A stretch of 62,420 nucleotides of DNA, filler included, from Choristocarpus tenellus KU-1152 (taxonomy: Eukaryota > Protista > Phaeophyceae): the NCBI GenBank assembly GCA_964200185.2. It is 9 parts of 9 records of this genome, joined end to end, with 100 filler letters (N's around TTAATTAATTAA, not from the genome) between each part and the next. Parts side by side here need not be neighbours in the genome. Positions count along the whole stretch, not along the records: positions 10,041 to 13,807 come from CAXNAD020018050.1; positions 13,908 to 17,123 come from CAXNAD020021471.1; positions 17,224 to 20,403 come from CAXNAD020021738.1; positions 20,504 to 28,665 come from CAXNAD020005059.1; 5 more parts are not named here. One strand, given 5' to 3'. Shown in pieces: positions 10,192-23,700 of the stretch (within the stretch, counting starts at the first letter, position 1; the number at the start of each line of letters is the position of its first letter). A model generated the notes under the pieces. That model saw only the letters and a list, made by a program, of their open reading frames with translations, was not told where the DNA came from and ran no database searches. The position numbers and the translations under genes are program-made.

Positions 10192-13100
10192 CGGGGAATA
10201 GTCCATCGTGACCTCAAGCCAGCCAATATCCTGTTTACGGCAGCTGGGGCAGTCAGGGTCGCAGATCTTGGGGTCTCCACTGACCTGGGAGATCGACAGA
10301 TCACTGAAAACCCAGCCGGGAGCATCCCATTCATGGCACCTGAGGTGCGGAGGTACCTCCTTGGAGACAAGGTTGCCTACTCAAGTGAGTCGCGTTGTGA
10401 TAAAGCTCTTGTGCTAAGGATAGCAAGGTTACATAGGGCGAACCATCTGGAGGGGTTGGGACAGCTGATCAACGCCAAGTGTTGATGTTTGTGTCCGTTA
10501 TCGCCCAGCGCACACACGTGAAAGAATCACTTCACTTGAAGTCATTTTTGTTGTGTCCACATGGGACTATCGTTTGTTTGTTTACTTGCTTGCTTGTTTG
10601 CACGTGTTATTTGGATGCTACGATATACTAAAAGGGGGCTGGTGAGGGTCTGTTTTTCGTGGGTTAATGCACAAACACGTGATCGCCACAATTGGGAAAA
10701 TATGCGAGAATATGATGGCATCATCGGTTTGAACCGCCTCTGGGATGGCTGTATCATGAGAACGTCATTTTTTGAAAAACATTTTCCACCAAGAAATGAT
10801 GAGGATTTTTTTCTCTAATGACAATGTATACTGTGCAGATCACAGTGCTTGCCCCCTGCATATCGTTGACTCTATTGGATACAGAATTGTTTTGAGTCTA
10901 TTAACTGGAATTTAGATGTGCCATGGCACCCAATATATATGCACATAATGCAACATGTGCTTTTGGAACGCCTTCTTGTGATGCAGCAAAGCTGTGTGAG
11001 CCTGGGCCCCAAGCATGTCCATCTCCCCTCAATACGTAACAGGTTTCCATTACCTTCTAAGGCATCCCCGATCAAATACCCGGAAGCAGTCCATTCCGAT
11101 GCTTGGCTTCTCTTGTTCGGTATCTACCATATCATACATACTGAGAAGTGGCCCACACACACAGATGACATCATTGCAACGATAAGTGTACGTTTCATGA
11201 TCATACCATTACAAGACATGTTACGTACTTTGGTTGCCCTTGGGCGCAGAGTCCACCTTTTTTTTTGTCGCGTAGCATCACAAGAGACAATAATAGTTTT
11301 TTTTCTTATTATTTCTCCTCGCAGAGTATATACCTCTTATCCCAGTGCAGAGAATGACCTCAACTGTGAGAAACACGTGAATGTCTGTGTAGCAACTCTC
11401 ACGCCGTAAGGCTCGGTTGATTGGGACTACGTTTCCCAACTGTCGTTGGTATTTCGATATCGGTTTTACGTTCACTGCAGCCTTGTTTTTTTTTGTTTTT
11501 TCGTGTTCTGTGCTTGCACCTTTTCCACCTTGAGCTGTTGTCGGGTAATCGGAAGCGTAGGTCAGGGTATATCAGGCCGTCAATTTTCTCGACTGGTGCG
11601 TGCTAGTTCATAAACCCGCAAAAGTGTTTTTGTTTTTTTTTGTTACCGAAATGGCAGTTTCGATTGGACTGTGCACATATATATCTAGGACGATGAGCTG
11701 CATTATTTATTTTTTTCTGGGTTGGAAGGGGCGGCATTGTTCGGGAGTCTATTATTATTATTATTTTCTTGTCCAATGCCGTCGTTAACAGTCGGAAAAG
11801 GTTGGCCTGTCCAATGCGGGGACAAACGAAACACGTTTCTTCAGCTGTTGTCATTTCAAGGACGATAGGATAGATAGATAAGAGTAGGGTTTTGTGCATC
11901 GCATTCAAGTTTCTCGGCCGTGTGCTTGGTGTGCCTTTTAGTTTGTAGGGTTAGGGCTAGGGTCAGAGTGTTGTAAAAGCGTACATATGTTACGCCTTGG
12001 AATACAGCACTACTCGATATTGGTCTTACCCTTACGGCTCTCAGTTGCGTTCAGCCTATAACCCTAACCCTACAACATACATTAACATTATCTGTGTCAA
12101 GTTATCGGATTTGTTCTATTTTGTGTTTTAACTAGTCGTCGAGTTTGTTGGTCGGCCTGTTTTGCTCCGTCTTGTCTATTGCAAGGACATCGCTTTTGAG
12201 CCCGTTGCTTTTACCATGTCTGATGTCTAGCGCAGGGCTTGGGCGCGACGCCTCTTGCCAGGGCAATGTTCAGCAAGGAAGCACCTTGTAGTCACCTAGT
12301 GTCACCTGTTCAGAACAATGTATTTGGGACCTTTTGGGTCCGTATGTTATTCCCGCTCATGGATTTTTTTTGTAGTTGTTTTCACACCTCGTTTTGATCT
12401 TTTCAATACAATAAAATAAAAAACAAATGATACAAGCTGGAATTCATTTCAATGCAGAAGAAAGAAGAAGTGATGCCTATGAGAAAAGTGTGTATGTGTG
12501 TATGTTCATGTATGTATGTATGAATTTATGAATGTATGTGTTTATATGTGTATGTATCCATTGCACTCACTCACTTGGTATCGACGGTTTCGCAGGACAG
12601 TGCTCAGGGGCCGATCGCTCTGTAATGTCCATTATTCAGGACACCACTTGTGGGTGTGGTCATTTGGTTTGCATCGCTTGTTGCCCAGAGCTGTTGGTGT
12701 TAGAGAAACTCCTTCGTACAACTTGTTCCTGTGAAGCGTTTTTTTTTTTTCTGAGAAGTCGGGGAAAATTTGGCATCTTGCAGTGTTATAGTTTCGTTCG
12801 TCTCTTCAAAACAAGTATTAGTATAGTATGTAAGCATCTGTGGACTATATTAGTAGTTTCTCATATTTAAACCTCGCAAGAATTGACCTTCCAACAACCT
12901 TCAACTGCAAAGGCAGTTTTGAACATTCTTGTACTGTGTGCCATCTTTCTTGAGAGTCAAATTTTTCCGTGCGCATGCCACCTGCACCTTGACGAGCTTG
13001 ATTGAAGTTTGGAGTCAAAGCTATATCTTGTGAACGGTTGTTGCCCGAATTAAAGAAAATTAAAGAAAGTCTACCAACGCTTCAACTGGTTACGGGTTGA

Positions 13101-13602
13101 AGCATCTCCGGACATACTTTTAGGAAAAATATTTCCGCGAACTGGTGACGGTGAGAGCTTTCAAAAGTGATGGCTTGGTCGATATGAATGATGTCACTAT
13201 CGCTGGGAGTATATCGATATGTGAAGGACAGTTTATTGCAAATGTTGTGTTGCATGGACGATAGGATAGGATAGGTAACGCAAGCGTTCATCTATATCTT
13301 CAAAATCCTCCCCATCAAATGCTACCCTGACACACTTAACTGCACCCTTTCCCGTTCTGCTGGCTACTGATGGTTTGAAATTGCTACATTCGCCTCATTG
13401 GACAGGCAAGGCAGATGTGTGGGCCATTGGCGCATTATTGTATGCCATGGCTGTGGGAGACGCCGCCCCAGCTGAGCTGGTGACAGCGTCACGAGGGGAG
13501 ATGGTTTCTGCTGTTGGACACCAAACTGGGTGTGAGAGACTGGCCCTGGTGGCACACAAGACCCTCCAGCTTGACCCTAACATGAGGCCTAACGTTCAAG
13601 AG
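10192..13602 (+). CDS. Ser/Thr protein kinase, partial (exons 10192-10384 and 13406-13602), possibly NEK-like
   Basis: HRDLKPANIL, ADLG, G.IPFMAPE in exon 1. Phase-1 GT-AG splice gives YSSKADVWAIG..LDPNMRP (subdomains VIb-XI). Confidence 0.9.
11943..12075. repeat. 133-bp segment bounded by inverted telomere-like repeats
   Basis: TTGTAGGGTTAGGG (11943-11956) and its exact reverse complement CCCTAACCCTACAA (12062-12075), inside the kinase intron. Confidence 0.6.
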
Positions 13603-13807
13603 GTGAAGGCCGTGGATGGAGTGGTCCTGTTTGTTGTCCTTGTGTAATTCTTTTGATCAGTGTATTTCAAGAAGTCTCGGTCGGTACCATTTGTTGTGTT
13701 CTTTGTTGTGTTCTCTTGAGTCTATGTGTCTATGTATGTCTTTGTTTGTGTTTGACCCTCCCTTTTTTCCATCCCCACTCTCCACCCCCATTGATTTTAT
13801 ACTGTCC

Positions 13808-13907
13808 NNNNNNNNNNNNNNNNNNNNNNNNNNNNNNNNNNNNNNNNNNNNTTAATTAATTAANNNNNNNNNNNNNNNNNNNNNNNNNNNNNNNNNNNNN
13901 NNNNNNN
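13808..13907. other. Artificial contig-join spacer
   Basis: N44-TTAATTAATTAA-N44. Confidence 0.98.
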
Positions 13908-14092
13908 TTTGGCTATCGTGTTTGTTAGGAATTGTCAATATCCTTGTTCCGGACACACCTTTTCATAATGCATACATTTTACCTACTCAGAAATATTTTG
14001 GATTAGGAAAATGTCATAAAACGCCCCGAGGGAAGTCAAGCCCAAAATGGACAAACAGGGCAAACCTCGTACCCTCTAAGATACTTTCACTC
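13908..14092 (-). mobile_element. MITE family A copy 4, truncated by the contig start
   Basis: Matches family A and ends CCCTCTAAGATACTTTCACTC. Confidence 0.9.
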
Positions 14093-14427
14093 TTTTGTTT
14101 TAAAGACATCAGTGGGGAGGTTGAGAGAGATCACTCTGCTGTGCATCAACTCTCTAGCCGTTGACCTTTTAGCAAGAGGGTAGTCATGGTTCAACTTTGA
14201 ACTGACCACGACGTGTCATATGAACACCTTCAAACATGTATTTTTCATAAAATGACTTTGTACCGACAGTAGTAGAGTAGAGGCATCGGGTTCCTCCAGA
14301 GTACTATCATCATGGGCAGGGTGATGACTCATTTTCGGTGCAGCCTTTGCTTCCCCTTCATTCTTGATCTCTCTCTCTATTTCAAGACTGCTCATTTACC
14401 CAGGCAAGCAACACGATTTAATGGCAG

Positions 14428-16984
14428 GCAGCAAGGGATGATGCAGAGGAGATGAAAAATAAGGCCAAGGAAATGCAGAGGGAGCATGAGATTAGCAAGA
14501 GGTTAGTCTTTGTGGCAATGCTTATCACACTGAGCACTCCAAATAAATACCCTGAAGTACTTCAAAAGATGTCCTATATTCCACAACACTTCGATCTCAC
14601 TGTAGTGCCCAATTTCACAAGCACATTTGCTCCAATTTATCTATAGCCAAAAGGAGTTGGGAGCTATATTTCAATTGTGCGATTGGTCAAACTTTCGCGC
14701 CTTGCATGTTGATTCACAATTTATATCGAGCCAAAACTGCACCAGGAACTGCATCAAGAACTACACCATACCGTAATGATTTCTTGGTTGTAATTGTGAT
14801 TGTGGTTGTGGTCATCAGAAGAAGTTGATCAGGAGGGTGGGAAGGGTTGTTGTGGGGTGTATCTTTTGGGTTGAAATGTTGACTTGGTAGGGGAAATAAT
14901 TGCAGCTTACTTGTCTAACGCTTGAAAGAAATTCCAAAGATTACAGTGTCATCCAGAGTAGATGATGCTCAGAATTATTGGCCATGATCTGGCAGGGAGG
15001 AGATGCACAAGACCCTTGAGGATCAGGAGCTTCTCACAAACTATGTGGCCTTTGTGGGGAAGCAATACCGCATGGCTTTTGATGAGGATCAAAGCATCCA
15101 CGACAAGCAGGTGCAGGAAATCCTTTAGTAATGAAACAGCTGCCCTTACAAAAATTGTTCCAGGACTGTTCCAAACCTGCAATTAGATTGGACATGTCAT
15201 ATGTAGATAACAAGTTATTCCTATAAGACCGTAACATAAAAAGTACGCTGTCAGAAATCCCATAGACCAAAACAATTGCGCTATTGCTTCTGTTCATATT
15301 GGAGGCTTGAGAGAGTACAGCAGAAGAACATCTGGCAGCAAATAGCTGTCAATAGAGTGGAAATATGAACAGTCTGTTTCAAGGGAAACAGGGTAGACAC
15401 TGTATGAGGTTCTTTACCACCGAACCTTTGGTGTCCAATATTCTCCAGCAGGGTCCAGAACTGTGCGAATCAATAGGAGGTGCAGTCGTCACCATATGAA
15501 ATAACCTCAAATCTTCCAATCAACAGGTTCTGTGGATCGCCCAGAACACATCTTCAGTTCCCCGAGGCCGGTTATTGATACATAAGATGATGCAACCACT
15601 TAGTACTTTCTTCTGCACCAAGAATACATAAAAAAAAAAATGTTGTACTTGTGAGAAACAGACTCTCCCAATCGCTCCAAATGTAGCCAAAGTTGAACTG
15701 AAAATATTGGAGCATTTGAAGCACTAAGAAAGTCCTAACCCTAAGCAGTAGACAAACTTTCAGTAGCACAGTATGCCTTAAGCCCGCTCCAAAATCCTGA
15801 AGCAGTTTCTGTGATCATTGCTATCAAGTCCCAGTGAGTCTGAGTGCAGCTGAAGATACGTTTAAGCAATATTATTTTCCCCGTAGATATTTGCCACAAG
15901 CGGCCTTCACCGATCTCAAGTTGACAATAAGACATTTCATGAGTTCAGGCGGCAAGCTATTGCCCACATCGCCCCCAAAGTAATGCACGAAGAAGATAAG
16001 ACCCTTGAATATATTTTTGTGAGAAGGTGCTTGTCCAGCACACTAAAATATACCCCAAAGTAACCGAAAACGGATACCTCAAGCTGAAGCAACAAGATAT
16101 TTTATCCTGTTGTTGATTTATTACCCGAGAGCAGTGCATTATAGAAAAATTACACTGCTCCTAGCATGTTATTGTACCTACTTAGAGATAGAAATTATTG
16201 TGAGCACCCCCAAGGCTCAAGCACAGTAAGTAGGATTGAACAGACACCCTTATACCATGACATAACCTGCCCACATGACAACAGTATCTTGGCGGCATGA
16301 TATGTTTGTATGCATTTTTTTATTCATTTTTTTATTAGCAGAGGATGAAGTACATCACTCATGCACACAAAGTGAATATACTTCAATATTCCCAGCAATA
16401 GTCTGCAAGGACTGTGGAATCAGTCCTTGATAAGGACCGGTGATGAATCAACCCAGATCACAATGAATACATTGCTAAAAGGTTCATTTTTTTTTCAGTA
16501 GGGTTAGGGCTGTTGAAGTACAACAAAGACAGATCCTTGCATTGGTGATATTTCAATACTCCAACTACACTAGCATGGCATGTGTGCATCCAGCAGGAAA
16601 GTATTGACGTATGGATATTGATGAGACTAATGGCAAAAATTTGTCCATCTAGCAGAACGCCTTAGATGTTGTCCGAAAAATTGATTTGTCTCTTCTGCAG
16701 CAATCATAATCCTCAAAGAACCATGCAACAAATATATATACACCCCAACCGCTAGGACATGTTGCGTCCATTTGAGTCAATCCATAGGATTCATTCAACC
16801 TACACCATGCCCTGTCCCCCTTCAATCTTGAAATCGTTTCAAGATCAATGTCCTCCGAGCCTCCCAGGAGGTTAGTCGCATTGAGATGGAGCGTGTAACA
16901 GAATCCTCCAAGGCTAAGGTAATGGTAGCCAGGAAGGAAGCCAAGATCTTGTCCACACGCTTGGAGGCACAGTCATCACGAGAG
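14428..16984 (+). CDS. Candidate coiled-coil protein exons (14428-14501 and 16844-16984)
   Basis: AG/GT-bounded open segments AARDDAEEMKNKAKEMQREHEISKR and INVLRASQEVSRIEMERV..LEAQSSRE. Their phases do not join directly. Confidence 0.35.
15000..15940 (-). mobile_element. Highly decayed LINE ORF2 (APE endonuclease) remnant
   Basis: Fragments MKCLIVNLRSVK and WDLIAMITET match APE motifs I/II. Many stops and frameshifts; boundaries approximate. Confidence 0.5.
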
Positions 16985-17123
16985 GTAGGAAAACATGAGC
17001 GAGAAAAAATGGGTTCCAATACAGAAATTGCTGTGGGGGGGGGGGGAGGGGGTGGGCATGATGATATTCCAGTACGAAGATAGAGTGGAATGCAAACCAA
17101 CAAGCCAAGGAAGTTTAACACTG

Positions 17124-17223
17124 NNNNNNNNNNNNNNNNNNNNNNNNNNNNNNNNNNNNNNNNNNNNTTAATTAATTAANNNNNNNNNNNNNNNNNNNNN
17201 NNNNNNNNNNNNNNNNNNNNNNN
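17124..17223. other. Artificial contig-join spacer
   Basis: N44-TTAATTAATTAA-N44. Confidence 0.98.
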
Positions 17224-18829
17224 AGCTGTTCTTTGTCCTTCATTAAAGCACCATAAAAGTCGCGGGTCCAGAGTGGGATAGTTCAACATAAGACGCGCGG
17301 TCATATACAATTGCGTTCGCCAAACACGTCATTTGAGCTCATCCATACCGACCAGTCCAAAGAAATATTCACACCCATGAGATCCGGATTTGACCAAACA
17401 GCCAAAATGGACCCTCAGAACGAAGAACCATTCCGATTCTGACAAATCCATTTCTTTGCTGTGACGTTGCTCAGTCATCCTGAAACATCTGTCGCGTTTT
17501 GAAGGTGTTGTTCTGTTCTGGATTTACTGATCTGTTCTGAGATTAGAGCCAAGACCTTGAAACTCGGTCCCACCCTCTGAGGTGAAGGAGTTTCATTCTG
17601 GTGATTGTGATTGCCCCCTTCAGCAGCGAACTTGGCACCTTTGACACTTCCACATATGACGTGTTCTGGTAATGGGTGTATAGTTATAAAAGTGTTGGTC
17701 AGAGGTCAGCAACAACATACCCCACAACACCGATCAGTCAAAATTCTGTCTGATATCCGTCTGCTTCGCAGGTCTTGAAGCAGAAGTTCTCAAGAACTCC
17801 ATTTTCGCCTTGTGAAGAAATGTGGAAGGTCAACCTAATCCATTCTATCTAGACTTTGCCTACAAGTCTAGAACATGTAGCAACGCTTCAACAAAGGGAG
17901 GTGAAGGAAGGATTCGCCCATCCACCACCATCACCAAGACCATTCTTTGTGGCGGTCTCATCCTCTGGTTCACCCCCCCTTATTCCTCATCAGCCTTACT
18001 AGTTGTAGTAATTTTGGAACATTGTACGTATAGTAGCTTGTCGTGTGCATTTTGGTTACGTGAGTATGAAGTACACCATGATCCACTTAGTCAAAACCAA
18101 CTGAGAGATGGGCAGGGTTGCATTTTAAGGATCCTGAGATTGGGAAAAAATATGTTATTTCGTACAATTAAAACAAGATTTAGACGAATTGTGTCACTTT
18201 GTGTATGGAAAGGGGGAATATCAATTTTGTGTACACCATTGTGTATACAAAGCAATGAAATAAAGTATTGCACAGATTAAGAAAAACGGCTTAGAATGCA
18301 GAAGGTCCAACCTGCCAACTCCTCAAATGATTTGACTCACTAGTAGCGCAGCAAGCTCAGCTTTTGTTGGGGCATTTAACATGTTTGCTCACCAACACGC
18401 ATGGCCAGGTTTGGGAGGCGGGGTATACAACGGGGATCTATTTTTAAACAAGACAAAGAGAAGCAGGGCCTGGGAGGACAAAATGGTGGCAGGGGTGGCA
18501 AGGACCTTGACAGGATACGACTTAAGTAGTAGTACATGTACCTGGCGATGGATTCTTGTTACAAAGTGCTCCCACAGCTTACCATTATTACGCGATGTAT
18601 GTAGCTCCAATCCACAAGCCTGTAGGCTGATGATGAGACTCGCAGATGGCAACATAACGGAAATACAATCAAATATGCTGGATCTCTCACTTTGGCTATC
18701 CACTTCATGATTTGGTAGAGAGAGGTATATAGAAAGAACTGAGACAAATGACACAGGCAAAGAATGGTTCTCACAATGACTAGCAATATGTAAATATTGA
18801 AGAAGTACACTATCAAATCTAGGACTTCA

Positions 18830-19830
18830 AGCTCATAATGGCGTGTATGAAATTGCCACTATGACCCGTCACCTGTGACAGTCCTCCTTGAGCTTTTCCC
18901 AGGTCCTAACCCAGATCTCACAATCTTCCAGCATCTGAGCATCATGGCCCTCACTAAATCCAGCTACCCTCCTAACCACTCTTCTTTTGCGTGCCTTCTG
19001 CCGTGTTTGAAAGGCGTAGACATGCTCCCACCCGAAGACGAAGCAAATCCACCCTGCAATAAGCTTTCCAGGCAGCACTAACACCCTGCTCCATTGACTG
19101 GTATTTGCTGGTGCAGCTTGCTGGGAGCACGATCACTGTCAGCTGCACCTTACTACTGATCAGCTTAACATGCCTAGCAAAGTTGTCTATCAGGAATAGA
19201 ACAGGGTTGGAAGTCACTCTCCTCCCGTGCGGCAGGAAGGTAATAGAAAACCACTTCTTGAACGTGGACTGGCCGGGTCATGCATTCTGCTGACTGAACT
19301 ACACACATGGGGGGTGATTTTCCTAAACCATCGTGGTCCTACCACCTTATCAATCAGGGACAAAAGCACCTTCTAGGACCCTGTAGCCTTGGTGCTTGTG
19401 TAGACTGAGATATGATCCCTTGCCTTCATACCCTTGACACCCGTCACTGTGTTCTTGCTTTCTCCAATATTATTTGCCAGAATGTCTTGCGTAGCAGCAA
19501 CCTGTAAAACAGTCCTTTCTCATTAGATGTGACACAAGGAGTGTTATCACACTTGTCATTCACCTTCTGCAGGTTCTCTCCCTTATCTCCTCCTCACCAT
19601 CACTTCCAGTCTGCCCATGCAGGACCGCGCTTCTCATTTTTTACTACAAAAAGGCCTTGATTCATACTAGTGAACAATCAGAGTTCTCCAAGGACTCGAT
19701 AACTGAACATGATGGCTCTTGGCAGGAAGTTTTGACTAGCCTTGAGACGAAATGACATGATGGTGTCTTGAGTCACGGGCAACCAGCAGCCTTTCGCTTC
19801 TCACGGTATGGTCTGAGTGTGCAGGATGTA
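18830..19830 (-). mobile_element. pogo/Tigger (CENP-B-like DDE_1) transposase pseudogene
   Basis: FKKWFSITFLP, VLFLIDNFARH and VLPASCTSKYQSMEQGVSAAWKAYCR match DDE_1 motifs (DN..H; LP.N.TS..QP.DQG). Frameshifted. Confidence 0.8.
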
Positions 19831-20036
19831 CACCGGAATTTCAGTGCTTGGGTGTCTGTATGACTACATACAAGGTTCTTCTCTCCCTTGGTACGGCATA
19901 TCTATCCACGTTATGGCCTATTATTTGCCCAATATTATGTGTACTTCGCCCAAATATTACTCTAGCACAAACTTGAGAATCTCATTTGTTCCAAGCCAAA
20001 TTGGATACCATATTACCTAAAATGCATTATTTAGGC

Positions 20037-20268
20037 ATGACTTGCGATGGTACTAGTAGTGTAATATGATTCTACTATTAAATCTTTGCTGTTTGAACAC
20101 CATTCAAACAATAATGGTGAAGGTGGGTCATACGCAAATAAACACACTACCAATGACTTGCGATGGTACTAGTAGTGTAATATGATACTACTATTAAATA
20201 TTTGCTGTTTGAACACCATTCAAACAATAATGGTGAAGGTGGGTCATACGCAAATAAACACACTACCA
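20037..20268. repeat. Near-perfect tandem duplication, 2 x 116 bp
   Basis: ATGACTTGCGATGG...ACACTACCA starts at 20037 and again at 20153, with two substitutions. Confidence 0.95.
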
Positions 20269-20403
20269 AACGTGATGATGGCACACTCGTTGAAAAGATA
20301 TCCTCCCACAAGACGATTTAAAGTAGAGGGGTGGCCTGCGTAGTCACCGAAACAATTTGGCGTAGTCTGGATTTAACTACTCCTTTTCTACCATATCCTC
20401 CCG

Positions 20404-20503
20404 NNNNNNNNNNNNNNNNNNNNNNNNNNNNNNNNNNNNNNNNNNNNTTAATTAATTAANNNNNNNNNNNNNNNNNNNNNNNNNNNNNNNNNNNNNNNNN
20501 NNN
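20404..20503. other. Artificial contig-join spacer
   Basis: N44-TTAATTAATTAA-N44. Confidence 0.98.
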
Positions 20504-20573
20504 CCAAAAATCGCGACATGAAAAAATTGACCCCAAATGGACAGCTGCCATCCCCTCCCAGATACTTTGAGCC
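20504..20573 (-). mobile_element. MITE family B, truncated by the contig start
   Basis: CCCCAAATGGACAGC..CCCAGATACTTTGAGCC is the reverse complement of the left end of 60387-60568. Confidence 0.85.
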
Positions 20574-20794
20574 TGGTGCACAAACTCACCTATTTCTCCC
20601 CATCGAAGGCTGACAGACTTTTTCTGCTATTCAGAGTACACTGTACTTATACTACTGAGAGGAAATTCCGACTTCAATATGTCGCTCATCAAACCCTCAA
20701 AGTCTACCCTATTATAAGAGGAGCGACTCTTCAGTTGGAGAAAAGGATACAGAGTCCAAGACAAGCACCCAGTTGTAAACTTTGGCCCCCCTAC

Positions 20795-23700
20795 CTGTAG
20801 GGTTTGGTGCGCTAGGTCTGTCTGGTTTGTGGCAAAGTAGGCCCTTGCCATGGATAATCGTGCATCTAGATGTCCAGGCACAAGCCTGACCACCTTCTGC
20901 AGCATTGCTAGACCCTTCTCCACTGTTGAACAAATAAGGGCGGAAAGAAAAAGCGGGAGACCAACCAATTAATTACTCTGACTGCGCTTGTAATAAATTC
21001 TGATCACGTATACATGCATAGAGAGTTGGTTTGGGGGAGGGGCAATCTGGACAACTTATGTACCAATGAACCTGAAGTGCATGATATAAAATCTACCAAT
21101 ATGTCCAGGCCATATATAGGCTACCTTATCATTGCGGGCAAGTAAAACTATCATCAATGCCATGCTATTCATGCCAAGCGTATCGAGCTGATTGGTCCCA
21201 AACCTAGTTGATCCCTGCAACTAGACCCCCCTATACAGGGAAGAAAACAGTAAATTTCTCTCCTGCATTAATGAAGGTTTAACTTAAGGTTAATATGCAT
21301 CCCGTGTGTAGGAAGCATGCCTGTAGCAGATAGTCTGCATGCATTAACTAATGCCATTCTAGGACTGACAAATGTCCCACTGTTAGAACTGAACATAAGC
21401 TCTGTCTTGTGAATCCAACAGACAAAAAGGAGAAAAAAGTCCTTATCAAATGCTGCTGTCACTGGCAACATTCGTGATTTGCTTCTGGTACACTCAAAAA
21501 TGGGATACTATATGTGCAGAGTGTGTACTTTGAAATTAGGGGTAAAGTTGCCTTGAAATGTGTGATGGTCATCTATGTGGGTGAAAAAAGTACACATTAC
21601 ATCTTGAGCAGTGCTCTCACTTTGTGGGTAGCGCAGAGAATAATTCTATCGTGAGAAGCACAGTAGCGCCTCCCCCCCCCCCCCCCCCCCCCCCCCCCCC
21701 ATCCCCCCCCATTTCTGCAACAAATAATCTCAACTTACCCCATAGACATTATTTTTTCTTGTAAAAGTTGANNNNNNNNNNTGTGTGGTGCGCCAAGAAT
21801 AATTCTATCGTGAGAAACACAGCAGCCCCCCCCCCCCCCCCCCCCCCCACGAAATTTGACTTCAACAGAGCCAAAGTATATGATAGCTACTCACAGTTGC
21901 ATTTTATGATGGTGACAAATGTGCAAAATTCATCATTTTGTGCAACTGCATATAAAGGGACTCTACTGAATTCTACGTTTATTTTATTATGAAGAAAAAT
22001 TCCTTTCAAGAGAAATCAACGATCTCAAGTCAATCTTAGCACTTCATCCATAGAAATAGAGTTGAATTGCAAAAGATTGAAAATCTCTTTTACAATACAA
22101 AAAAAAGCAAAAAACTTGGTAGCCGTCATATGCTTCGGCTCAAGATAGGCTCCCTTTGATCAGACCTTGTGCCCACCTGCAGGGTGCCGTCTGCTCTATA
22201 AGTATCCCTAACCCTGATGCATTTCAACTTTGCACAGTCACCCCCAGTGTGCTGCGGAGCGAGCACCACAAAGCTGGTTAGACATTGTACCAGGCATCCA
22301 AAAACAAACAAATCTGCCCTCCTACGCTTTAACCAGTCCGAATTTTTTTTGCGTAATGCATGCAACCAGAATCACCTGGAGACCAAGTACCAAGTCCTGA
22401 GCCCTTGATCTTCTCACTACCCGCCGGTCCTTCAGCTCCATTGCTTGCATGAAGTAGATACTCCTGATTGGTTATTCATTATGAAAGCAGCATAGGCACA
22501 GATGGTGTGAGTATTACATTTGCCCAGCAGTATTCACATCAAACTCTGATAAGGTCAAGATATGCCCCTCATGCCCAAGGTAAAGCAGAAGATACTGCCT
22601 GTCAAGTATCAGAATCTTTGTGCCCTCTACCAACGCATTACAAAAAATAGGAGAATGAATATATTTTACAGTCAGTACACATTTCTGTTGTCTACGTGAT
22701 ATCTAAAACAAGACTGTTCTCAAAAGCATGGAACTTGATCCTTGGGATTGCTGGAAACCTGAGTGCATAGCTATATTCTAGTCAAATGATTAATCTGATT
22801 CAGACCGAAAGATGGGGGGTGGAAAGTACGGAGATAGTTTTGTCTTGCCTCCTTCTGCCTGCACCTCAGAGTACAAGCTTCTCTAACATCTATGGTCTCG
22901 CTTTTGGCATGGGAAGCAAACGCACGCCTGCAACAACATCGCCCCAGCCGCCAATCCCTAAAATGTACATGATATTTCAGAGTGCACATACCTTTGCGAT
23001 TTCCAGCATGAAGTCAGGGTTATGGGCACAGAGTCGTTGAAGGATATCTGTGGTACGCAACTCTTCCTTGGCTAAGGCCTCCAGACGTTCATGGCATTCA
23101 TCCAGCTGCTTGATATGTTCGTCCATACTATTGAGGGAGGGTATTAACAAGTATTTTATTAAATGTAAATTCAGGGGAGAACTCGTTTATCTTCTCTGCA
23201 CCTCTGTAATAAGGGTGGTTTCTGCCATGGACCCAATGTGGCTCAAGACTCTCTTTGGAGGCAGTTGCGGTTGGCATGCAAAACAAGGCATCGTTTGGAA
23301 CATATCTATGTGGACAGACAGTAGTAGACATGTCCAGAAAGCAATGCTTACCCTTTGTGTTGGGTTCAACATCGACATACTCACCTTCGCTCCAGACGGA
23401 ACTTCAGCAGGGCCCGAACCAAACAGATTTCTGGCGAAGAGCCTATTGAATCCTGAAAAAATATGTCCAGATTAAGGGCAGGTCGTGTTTTTGTTGCTGT
23501 GCAGGTCGTATTTTTGTTGCTGTTACATAAACCATAGAAATAAATGGTCAGACGACCTGTTCTGGGTGTTTGATGGGTAATGCAACCAATTGCTCCTTGC
23601 ATGCCGATGTTTGACCAGGTAAAAATTGCTTTGTCCAAATGAAACTAGACTTTGTCGAGGGGGCGGTATTGTGGAGGCTAGTACTGACTATCACAGTTTC

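Noticed and set aside
21631-21848. Duplicated AGAATAATTCTATCGTGAGAA + poly-C block
   Set aside because: The copies flank a 10-N scaffold gap and poly-C tracts, so an assembly overlap or allelic duplicate cannot be excluded.
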